The notes under the pieces: model-generated
Seen by the model: the letters and a program-made list of their open reading frames with translations, nothing else
What the model was told of the DNA's origin: nothing
The model's database searches: none
Made by a program: the position numbers and the translations under genes
DNA from: Pseudomonadota bacterium
GTDB lineage: Bacteria; Desulfobacterota; Desulfobacteria; Desulfobacterales; JBDRRP01
Reading direction: 5' to 3'
Length of the DNA stretch: 50,045 nt
Assembly (NCBI GenBank): GCA_043825735.1
Contig: JBDRRP010000058.1
Span: 1 to 50,045, forward strand
Shown: in pieces, positions 21,101 to 27,892 of the stretch
Numbering within the stretch: the first letter of the stretch is position 1
Layout of the letters: every line of letters starts with the position of its first letter

Positions 21101-22146
21101 GGATTGACCAGCGAGAAATCCCTGGCGACGCCGTCCGGACCGTTGGCGATGGTTATAACCGGCGAGGCATAAGCGCCGCTGGCTTCCGCGGCCTCCTGAG
21201 AGGCATTGCTATTGCTGTCGATGTAAGCGGCCAGTGTGTAGGTGCCGTTGGGAATCCCTGATACTGCATATGTTTTACTATTATCCCCGGCGGCCCAAGT
21301 GATCTGCTGGGTACCAATGGGATTGGCATGGGCCGTATCGGTAGTATGGAATGCCGACACAGACAACGTACCGCTCTGGGGACCGTTATAGGCAATCGTA
21401 CCTGAAATGGCATTGGCGCCGACAACGGTCAGTGTCGACGAAGTGACGGTCGAAAAGGGTGCGCCCGCGTTGCCGAGAAGGACGGGAAAGGCCTTGGTGA
21501 GATCGCCAAAAACGCCATCAGTGCTGGGCAGGGCGCCCACCAGTACGGGCACCGGGTCCATGGTATCGCTGCCGGGGTCATAGATGCCGTTGCTGTTGGC
21601 GTCAGTGCCGTAGCCGGCGGCCGGATTGAAAAGCATGGTCTGCGATAGCGCGAAGGTGAAAGCGCTGCCGGTAGCGGCTCCGGCTTTCACGGCAAACTTG
21701 ATGGTGAAAAGAACGGTGTCGGCCCCTGACGTATACAAAGACCCGCCGGTGGTCTCGTTGATGGCGGCGCCGCTCAGATAGATCTTGCCGGCGGTGGTGC
21801 CATTGGCTCGAAAGGTATCGCTGTCAGGATTCGTCCCCTGGTAGGTAAACGGGAAAATCGATGAAATGTCCCCGGCCGACAGCGGCAGACCGTCGGCGCC
21901 AAGGGCCGGTGGGGTCAGCAGCGTCGCATCGTAGGTGAGGGTGAACGCCGCCCCGGCGATGCCGGCAGGGTCATCCACGCGAATGTTCAGATATAAAAAA
22001 TCACCCTGGGTATAGGTCGTTGCCACTGTGGCGCCGTCGCTGGTGGGTTCCAGCGACAGCGTTGCGGCGTGTGCCATGCTCAGCGGCGCCAGCATCACCA
22101 TCATCAGGGCGAGCACGATGAACACTCGGGATGGATATGATTTCAT
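18154..22146 (-). CDS. Large secreted/surface protein: cohesin domain, Ca-binding TSP3-like repeat, Ig-like repeats, CFI-box C-terminal sorting signal
   Basis: Signal peptide ending AHA; cohesin pattern (GD...V.I.VD....IAGA.FTLTYD...L); DNDSDGMPDYWE...DADRDGYSNLQEY..GTNP; Thr/Val/Gly-rich beta repeats; tail GGGGGGCFISTA + TM + RRRRK. Alternative GTG start at 22161. Confidence 0.8.
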   Translation of the reverse strand: MKSYPSRVFIVLALMMVMLAPLSMAHAATLSLEPTSDGATVATTYTQGDFLYLNIRVDDPAGIAGAAFTLTYDATLLTPPALGADGLPLSAGDISSIFPFTYQGTNPDSDTFRANGTTAGKIYLSGAAINETTGGSLYTSGADTVLFTIKFAVKAGAATGSAFTFALSQTMLFNPAAGYGTDANSNGIYDPGSDTMDPVPVLVGALPSTDGVFGDLTKAFPVLLGNAGAPFSTVTSSTLTVVGANAISGTIAYNGPQSGTLSVSAFHTTDTAHANPIGTQQITWAAGDNSKTYAVSGIPNGTYTLAAYIDSNSNASQEAAEASGAYASPVITIANGPDGVARDFSLVNPDNDSDGMPDYWEALYGVSDAGLDADRDGYSNLQEYLNGTNPNADDPPGLAGYDPATDDGVPASPLAVTPTGTVGLAVGGTHTFTAAGGYSAYGGNVWTVVEDAPATPGDTVGSVAETVDDTKAVFTALKPGTIRVQVQDIRLDSTRSNTITVVTPITVTATGSVSSSGSLTFSATGGTGAYNWTASAGTITAAGVFTAPVVGSGTQQVTVAAYDAMFNSAHATPVKGEAIVTVYPAITLSNRWAGYVNGKPLTYPLLAFGQTTTLRAADSARRYDWSVTDWNGIERASDNTGTVSYAVNPDGLFAASGAGVYKVTVKDHDRPHLTSTYYLRVGMKISHDQASNNLNDGIAVPVVFTVKTHDTAPLVATVFNWDAKDLNGTAVTTAAAGTFADGSPTDNTNAFTVTKGIPAPISFRVTASLDATQAGSNSDVSRLIDAGLGSVTTWILRIAPMVKYSGTVVQADGVTPVVGSLPAPAVAKITALHDPAVTTAIGADGTFTIGPLADVGIPYQFIVSVTNYLDKIISSANLVKTTAVGPSPSATEPGTAIVLQSAIGGGTITGDVNLRDLVDLGGATSGNAPKTLIKVKADGVYITDDTGVAIIVMTTNNGNYTFQIPSSFATATTFTVEAVKPGYISRTMTVTNSSPPWPLLTAGGITLDPTTIITTACTEGADVTGDGVADSVECTVTAQAGSVPYRFNNTAAEAKVTMSDGSPVLMIYDVAGNAWTFTHPVYENFRFTVQADVSETLHDVAAGYRATRLAEYVKSQRAYGTVTITDPNLSGSTAPAGTPNTQVNLPPGGLSGDILDTVTIAIVEANAGVAGATGITGSAISGITMIDEDGGNVDNANLQRFEITITFDPAVVTEGSLENGTFIVYQASSMVDMAAGNYTALSPSQIIPPVDYTNGVVTFWVDHLSAFGIGVVVSSSGGGASGGGGGGGCFISTATDGLQMPAVGADRSVLLIMLVAMMPLLFALIRRRRK

Positions 22147-22182
22147 TTCGTATGTCTCCACTGAGAATGACGTAATCGATGC

Positions 22183-22317
22183 TGATGACCATGTAAAAAG
22201 TCTGAAATCACCACAGAGGACACAGAGAGCGCAGAGATAACTTACTAATTATTCAGTAATTTCTCTGCGGTTCTCTGCGGTCTCTGTGGTTCAAAATCAC
22301 TTTTTACGGTTTTATCA
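22183..22317. repeat. MITE-like palindromic element (family A)
   Basis: Ends TGATGACCATGTAAAAAGT / ACTTTTTACGGTTTTATCA, internal CACAGAG 9-mer arms. A closely similar copy is at 33495-33620. Confidence 0.85.
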
Positions 22318-22529
22318 ATGCTGCCGATTAATCGAAGGTCATTTCTCCGAGATGTTGTCGCGGTGCGTAAATATCACGCGTTTCCCGAATGGCGTTGATG
22401 GGGATTACCCCTTCTTTTGCCGTTTCGGGTTTTCTGCGCCCTGGGTTCAGGCGCGCCAAGGCGTCGGCGCTACCGACGACCCGGCGCCCAATAACGCCAA
22501 GCCGCTCCTGGGCCCGAAAGCCCGGTAAT

Positions 22530-22946
22530 TTACGCAATCTTGGGCGGCGGTGTGGGAGGGGATGGATCTAAAGGGCAAAAGGCGGTTGAGGCGGCCCGCA
22601 GGTGCTGTTGGATCAAAACCGGTGGCGGGGATGGCATATAGGCCAGCAGCCCTATCGGTAACGATGAGGACGGTGCCGCGAGATCACCCGTGGCGTCAGC
22701 CTTGATGACGGTCTTCAGATTGGCGGCCACCTCGATGGCGGTCACCGCGGTACGAAAATGATTTTGCAGTGAAGCTGGGTCTTTGGCACCACTGGCGACC
22801 TCATGCATCGCCATGATGGCGTCGCGCAGGTCGATGCTGCCGTCACGGTGCAGATCTGCCGGGTGGTGGTATGGCATCGTTGCTGCCATCAAGGCAGCGA
22901 CCAGCAACACCCGTAATGTAATTTTAAGACCCTTCATGATGACCAT
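22530..22946 (-). CDS. Small exported protein with one dockerin-like Ca-binding motif and a Pro-rich C-terminus
   Basis: Signal-like N-terminus, ADLHRDGSIDLRDAIMAM (D.N.DG.ID..DA), ends DPSPPTPPPKIA. Confidence 0.7.
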   Translation of the reverse strand: MVIMKGLKITLRVLLVAALMAATMPYHHPADLHRDGSIDLRDAIMAMHEVASGAKDPASLQNHFRTAVTAIEVAANLKTVIKADATGDLAAPSSSLPIGLLAYMPSPPPVLIQQHLRAASTAFCPLDPSPPTPPPKIA

Positions 22947-23019
22947 TTTCCGCTATAGATTCGACCCATTTTCATTATCGGCCGATTTTGCAACCCGCAT
23001 GAGCGCTGACAGTTTCCAC

Positions 23020-23049
23020 ACTATATATGCACCCGGAGCAACCTGTCAA
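23020..23049 (-). promoter_or_regulatory. Putative sigma70 promoter for the small dockerin-like gene
   Basis: Minus strand TTGACA-N18-TATAGT. Confidence 0.45.
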
Positions 23050-23173
23050 GCGTACCGCAATTGCCGCTGCCAATGACTTCTCACATATTTTCAAAGCGTT
23101 GTGGCTGACATGCCTCTCTAAAAAATGACCGCCGCCAGTGTCGTAAGCCGTGGATGGGCGCTCAATAATTTTT

Positions 23174-23878
23174 TCACCCACGGTGATCGCCAGTGGGTAC
23201 GCACTCTCTGAGCGCAACCCTGTCAAGAATGCAGATGGTCTTACCCCTCATGGTGATCAACCCGGCCTTTTTGAGCTCTCCAAGCTCTTTATTGATGCTT
23301 TCCCGGGTGGCTCCGACCATCTCCGCCAGTTCCTTCTGGGTCAGGGGGATTTGGATGTCGATCACCTCCCCTGCTTCGTCGCCCACGCCGAATGCGTCGG
23401 ATAGTTCCACCAGTTTTTTGGCCAGCCGCTCTGAAATATTGAGAAAGCACTTGTCCTCGAGCAGTGTGTCGGTTCTTCGCAGTCGGCGTGACAGTGTCGA
23501 CAGAATGGTCTCCATGGCCGTTTCGTTTGAGCGCAAAAAATCGATAAAATCCCGCCGGCTGATGGCCAGCAGCTCGGAATCTCTCACTGCGATGGCATCC
23601 GCCGACCGTGGCTCTCGATCCAGCAGGGCCATCTCTCCCAGAAAATCACCCTCGGAAAAGATACAAACGATCATCTCGCCGCCCTGCGGCGACGGGAGCA
23701 CTATTTTAATCGCGCCTTTCTGGACAATGAAAAGCCTGCCGCCTTCGGCACCCTTTCTAAAGAGCACATCGCCTTTGGCCAGTGTCACCCGCTGCAGCTT
23801 CGGCAGAAGCTCGGCAATGCACTCACGTGTCATTCCCTGAAAAAGCGGGACGGGCGTCAAAAAGCTGGTTAGTTCCAT
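23174..23878 (-). CDS. Crp/Fnr family transcriptional regulator
   Basis: cNMP-binding motif GDFLGEMALLD..PRSADA; HTH LTQKELAEMVGATRESINKEL; GAGG RBS before ATG 23878. Confidence 0.93.
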   Translation of the reverse strand: MELTSFLTPVPLFQGMTRECIAELLPKLQRVTLAKGDVLFRKGAEGGRLFIVQKGAIKIVLPSPQGGEMIVCIFSEGDFLGEMALLDREPRSADAIAVRDSELLAISRRDFIDFLRSNETAMETILSTLSRRLRRTDTLLEDKCFLNISERLAKKLVELSDAFGVGDEAGEVIDIQIPLTQKELAEMVGATRESINKELGELKKAGLITMRGKTICILDRVALRECVPTGDHRG

Positions 23879-23892
23879 TCCACCTCGCTGTC

Positions 23893-24062
23893 GATGAATC
23901 CGTATTAAAGCGATTTTCTCGCTAAGGCGCAACGTGCGCCAAGAAAAACATCTTCAATATTAGCTCATTAGCTTTGCGATCGTTGCCCTTCGACTTCGCT
24001 CAGGGCCGTGAGCCTGTCGAACGGCGCCTTTGGGAGAGATCCCGACCTTTTACGGATCCATA
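23893..24062. repeat. Palindromic element with a nested REP-like insert
   Basis: Homologous to 15620-15715 but carries an extra CCCTTCGACTTCGCTCAGGGCCGTGAGCCTGTCGAACGG (23986-24024) splitting its right arm. Confidence 0.8.
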
Positions 24063-24568
24063 ATTTTTGATGATACAGCAGCTCCCGCGGGCGCTGTTGG
24101 AAAAATCGCCACTCTAAACGGTTTGGTGTCGTGTTTGATATTTTTCAGCTCGGCACTCATGAGTTGGCTCTCGACAATGCGCAACTCGGTCTGGATTGCC
24201 TTTTTTATCTCGACCGAAGTGGTGAAACGGAACTCGAACACGGTAATCTTTTTCCCGCCAATGCCCCGGGCACCGGCCATGACCAGGACCAGGCGACCGG
24301 GCTGCCGGTCATTGACGATGTACATAAAAGTGGTGGCCAAAGGGGTTTTTGCACCTCCGGCATAGGTCAGCACCGTTTCATCGAAAACAATGACCAGTTT
24401 CAAACCGGCCAGATTGTCCAAGTCATCGATCATGACCGGAACGGTAATTGTCTCGCCGGATCTTACCGACACATCCGGTGAATAGACGGTCACTGCGAGA
24501 CCCGCTGAAGGCCTCAGCGAAAATAGCAGCGCGCAAATCAGTATGAGCCTATAGATTCTTTTCGTCAT
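24050..24568 (-). CDS. Secreted stand-alone cohesin-domain protein
   Basis: Signal peptide, then GETITVPVMIDD...LAG..L.I.FD..VL.Y, ...PG.L.L..A, the classic cohesin beta-sandwich pattern. Confidence 0.8.
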   Translation of the reverse strand: MTKRIYRLILICALLFSLRPSAGLAVTVYSPDVSVRSGETITVPVMIDDLDNLAGLKLVIVFDETVLTYAGGAKTPLATTFMYIVNDRQPGRLVLVMAGARGIGGKKITVFEFRFTTSVEIKKAIQTELRIVESQLMSAELKNIKHDTKPFRVAIFPTAPAGAAVSSKIMDP

Positions 24569-24681
24569 TCAGCGCCCGACGGATGGTATCGGTGGCGATC
24601 GGCCCTTTTTAGCGCCCTGTAATCATTATATAAGTGTTGACCAACAATCAAGGCTCAATCAAAAGGGCCGAAAGGCGCTTG

Positions 24682-25017
24682 TCAGTTGATCTTGTCACGG
24701 TCAATGGGCGGGGCGGCCGCACCGCTGGCGTGGCGGTGCTGTTCTACCTGCCGCTGAAGCGCCTGGATCAAACCGGGAAGAATCTGAAAAGGAATGGCAA
24801 TTTCAGCCACCACCGGAACTTTGTGCTCTCCGCCGCTGGCCGCCAGGTTAGCGACGTTATCAATGGGTCCCACGTCACAAAACCGCAAAGTGAAATCGTA
24901 CGGAGAATGCGCCACTTCGACATAATTGGAATAGAGCCGCTTCACGGGCAGGCTCGCGTCCGCTCTGAGTTTGAGCTCTACCACCATTTCCTTATTCGTG
25001 ATCGTCTGATTTGTCAT
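24682..25017 (-). CDS. DUF3467-like small protein
   Basis: LYSN...V.HS.YDF.L.F...P......V.I.P...L...L. Start ATG 25017 (or 24987). The longer ORF-track extension runs over a toxin remnant and a MITE. Confidence 0.7.
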   Translation of the reverse strand: MTNQTITNKEMVVELKLRADASLPVKRLYSNYVEVAHSPYDFTLRFCDVGPIDNVANLAASGGEHKVPVVAEIAIPFQILPGLIQALQRQVEQHRHASGAAAPPIDRDKIN

Positions 25018-25041
25018 CTCATATCCCTTATTGCTTGACCC

Positions 25042-25174
25042 ACTATCGCCGTCGACAATCCCAAAGCCGCCGTCGACATGGCGCAACGGGTTTGGAGCGC
25101 CGTCGCCCTTTTGTCCAAGCAGCCCGACTTGGGGCGCCCCGGCCGTGTTATTGGAACCCGTGAACTTATAGCAG
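25042..25174 (+). pseudogene. Internal fragment of a RelE/ParE toxin
   Basis: Reads TIAVDNPKAAVDMAQRVWSAVALLSKQPDLGRPGRVIGTRELI. In-frame TGA just upstream (25036), and the 3' part is replaced by a MITE half. Confidence 0.75.
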
Positions 25175-25244
25175 GCTATTCCTCCGGTTTCGAAAATGCT
25201 CAAGCCTTGCTCTGAACCAAAATCTACCATTTCTGGATGGACAC
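25175..25244. mobile_element. Half copy of MITE-like element (family B)
   Basis: 69/70 identical to the reverse complement of 45266-45335. Confidence 0.88.
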
Positions 25245-25255
25245 GTGTTAACGCT

Positions 25256-25349
25256 TCTCCGCGCCCCGGCGCCTCTGCGCGAGAAATTTCTTCGCTTTTC
25301 TTTGCGCTCTTTGCGCCTTTGCGAGAGACATTGGGTTTTCGCCTTTTCT
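25256..25349. repeat. 9-mer-arm repeats downstream of the subtilase
   Basis: TCTCCGCGCCCCGGCGCCTCTGCGCGAGA, then TTTGCGCTCTTTGCGCCTTTGCGAGAGACATTGGGTTTTCGCC; the latter recurs at about 30260 and 31090. Confidence 0.8.
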
Positions 25350-25364
25350 ATAATCTGACATCCG

Positions 25365-27299
25365 TCATCTGATCTCTGCCACCCGCTGCAGGATGTTGAT
25401 GGCATCGGCGGTGCCCAGGCGCCCGTCCCCGTCGGGATCGGTGCCGGCGGCAAAACAGGTTTCACAAAATTCGGGTGTGCCGGCGGCAATCACCTGCAAG
25501 GCAATAATGACATCAGCCAGATCAACACCGGCATCGCAGTTCACGTCACCCGGGATGGCAGCAGCCAGACACAGCGCGTTTCCGATATTGAGCCGTCCGC
25601 CGGTAACCGTCTTTCCCTGGGCGGCAGATATCGGATCGACACTGTCAAAAATCGCTGCCTTGACTTGCGCAGCGGTCAATCCGGGCTTCTTAGACCACAG
25701 CAGGGCAATCGCGCCCGATACCTGAGGAGCGGCCATGGAAGTGCCGCTTTTATAGCCATAACCGCCGGCGGATACCGGCAGCGTTGATCGTATGTCCGAT
25801 CCCGGAGCCAAGAGATCGACGCTTTGAGCGCCGAAATCGGAGTACAGTGCCAGCGCATCCTGCCGGGTACTGGCACCGACGGAGAAAATGTTGTCCAGGT
25901 TATAAGCTGCCGGATAAAGGGGAAAACTGTCGGCATCAATGCCTGCCGGCGATTCGTTGCCGGCGGCGCAGACGGCAACCGTGCCGGCCGCACCCAGTGC
26001 CGCCAGTCGATTGTATTCGATCTGGCTGTATCCGGACCCGCCGAAACTGCAGTTGACGATGCGCGCGCCCATGCTTTGGGCATAGATCAACGCGGCGATG
26101 ATCGCCGTGCCGTCCAAGAAGCTCTGGCCGTTTCGTTGCACCTTGAGCGCCATCAATTTTGAATGCCAGCTCACTCCCGCCACACCGACCCCGTTGTTGC
26201 CGACGGCGGCCGCGATACCGGCCACATGGGTACCGTGCCCGAATGTATCCATGGGCAGAGCGTCATTATCGGCAAAATCCCAGCCGTAAATGTCGTCGAT
26301 ATAACCGTTGGCGTCGTCATCCACCCCAGAAGAGCCGTTCAGCTCTGCGGCGTTCCGGTAACGATTGGCAGCGATGTCCGGATGGGTGTAGTCGATCCCC
26401 GTATCCACAACGGCAATAAGAACATCGGGGCTACCCTGGCTGAACTGCCAGGCTTTTTCAGCGCTCATAACCGCCGGCGCCCACTGATCCGAATACAACG
26501 GATCGTCCGGGGTAACTGACGGGTATCTCAGCACATGCCTTTCGGCAATTTCCACGAGACCGGAGGCGTAAAAGGCACGCACCGCAGTCAGTTCGGGCAT
26601 TCCCGGCGGCACCTTTACCGTCGCCAGACGTGCGGCGGACAGCCAGGAGAGCAACTTGCCACCGAGAGCATCGACCAGGGTGTCTACCTTTTCTCGCGGC
26701 ACCGCCGGTTTAAACTGCACCAGGACTTCCCCGGGTTTATAGAGCAAACGCCCCTGAGAATCGGTTGGCGAAACAAGGTTCCCACCGCCCACCGCCGCCA
26801 CCGGAATCGAAAGGGGTTCTCGGGGTATTTTTTGTGAGAGACCTGCGTCAGATGACGATGATTCAGCATTATTTGATGGTATATCGACACGATTATGACG
26901 TGAATCACTCGAATTAAACCCCTGGACATCAACGATCCGGTACCGCCCGGTTTTGGGCTCATAAGCAAAAACAAGGGCCGTATTTTCGAGCAGCCGTGCG
27001 AGCACTTCTTCCACGGTGGCATGGGTCACCGACAGGGTGGCCCGCCCCTCCAGTGCCCTTCCAGTACCGAGAGAGGCACCGGAAATACAGGCGATTTCAT
27101 TCAGTATTTCAAGGCGTTCGGCATTGTTGGCCCAAAGACTGAAAGTATCCCCGGTCATCTCGATGCGCCAGGACGAATCCGCAGCCGCAGCGACATCCGG
27201 TGTTTGAGCGCGCCCCTGCCCCCCGCTCACCGGCTGAAGGCCGGCAGCGAGCATGAATAAACAGGCAGCCACGATGTGTCGTATCAAAAGCATCCGCAT
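25365..27299 (-). CDS. S8 subtilisin-like serine peptidase with STN/N0-like N-domain, propeptide and C-terminal dockerin
   Basis: Catalytic motifs VVDTG, GHGTHVAG, AAGN, GTSMAAP; PGEVLVQFK propeptide; duplicated dockerin motif GDVNCDAGVDLADVI..LQ / DPDGDGRLGTADAI..LQ; signal peptide. Confidence 0.9.
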   Translation of the reverse strand: MRMLLIRHIVAACLFMLAAGLQPVSGGQGRAQTPDVAAAADSSWRIEMTGDTFSLWANNAERLEILNEIACISGASLGTGRALEGRATLSVTHATVEEVLARLLENTALVFAYEPKTGRYRIVDVQGFNSSDSRHNRVDIPSNNAESSSSDAGLSQKIPREPLSIPVAAVGGGNLVSPTDSQGRLLYKPGEVLVQFKPAVPREKVDTLVDALGGKLLSWLSAARLATVKVPPGMPELTAVRAFYASGLVEIAERHVLRYPSVTPDDPLYSDQWAPAVMSAEKAWQFSQGSPDVLIAVVDTGIDYTHPDIAANRYRNAAELNGSSGVDDDANGYIDDIYGWDFADNDALPMDTFGHGTHVAGIAAAVGNNGVGVAGVSWHSKLMALKVQRNGQSFLDGTAIIAALIYAQSMGARIVNCSFGGSGYSQIEYNRLAALGAAGTVAVCAAGNESPAGIDADSFPLYPAAYNLDNIFSVGASTRQDALALYSDFGAQSVDLLAPGSDIRSTLPVSAGGYGYKSGTSMAAPQVSGAIALLWSKKPGLTAAQVKAAIFDSVDPISAAQGKTVTGGRLNIGNALCLAAAIPGDVNCDAGVDLADVIIALQVIAAGTPEFCETCFAAGTDPDGDGRLGTADAINILQRVAEIR

Positions 27300-27516
27300 T
27301 CCATTGGCAATTGCAAAGACCAGGCCACTAAAATACGCCCAGGTTACCTTATCTGCAACCACGCCGCTGATTTATGGAAGTTTCCCTATCCGCTGCGCGT
27401 TACGGACTGTCCACTGCATTGCCTTGCAAACCGCTTGAATCCCATCATCGATTGTTGTAATGCAGGGGCACGCTTTTTTTCGGTCGGCCGGACTCCGGCC
27501 GGCCGGGCCTATCTAA

Positions 27517-27592
27517 GCCCCCGTAGCTCAGTGGATAGAGCACAGGATTCCTAATCCTGGTGCCGCGTGTTCAATTCACGCCGGGGGCACCA
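27517..27592 (+). tRNA. tRNA-Arg(CCT)
   Basis: GCCCCCG acceptor stem, TAGCTCAGTGGATAGAGC, anticodon arm CAGGA-TT-CCT-AA-TCCTG, GTTCAA T-loop, encoded CCA. Confidence 0.96.
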
Positions 27593-27656
27593 TTATTTCT
27601 CCCACTGCCATCGCGCCGCACCACGGGCCGTCAGAAACCCAATGCCCATTCCGCTT

Positions 27657-27848
27657 ATCTCGCCAAGACGCAAAGGCGCCGAGAAAAGCGAACATCGAAC
27701 GTCCAACGTCGAATGATAAATCAAAAGACCAACTTCGGAACGCCAATTCGGTGGCTGTCGATTGGTTTTCATTCGATGTTCAGCGTTCGGTGTTCGATGT
27801 TGGACGTTCATTTTTCATCTATTGCAGTTTTTGGCGTCTTTGCGAGAA
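27657..27848. repeat. Composite palindrome: outer CGCAAAG-type arms, inner 7-mer (TCGAACA/TCCAACG) arms
   Basis: CGAACATCGAACGTCCAACGTCGAATGA ... TCATTCGATGTTCAGCGTTCGGTGTTCGATGTTGGACGTTC. An inverted copy lies at 30737-30900. Confidence 0.85.
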
Positions 27849-27892
27849 ATGGTCTCTGGCTTTTCACCGATAAATCGCACCCCCGGTCCGAT

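Noticed and set aside
22318..22529. Possible c-di-GMP or other riboswitch upstream of the scaffold gene
   Set aside because: GC-rich with small hairpins, but the GEMM elements (GGCAAA...GAAA...GACGCAAAG) are not in the required order. An Rfam scan would settle it.
23060..23110. Crp/Fnr box upstream of the dockerin-like gene
   Set aside because: Only one TCACA half-site; no partner at the 6-bp spacing.
25018..25230. N-terminal extension of the DUF3467-like ORF
   Set aside because: It overlies the MITE half and the antisense ParE remnant; the downstream ATG is more plausible.
27517..27592. tRNA-Arg as integration site of an island
   Set aside because: No integrase, and no duplicated tRNA 3' end found in the window.
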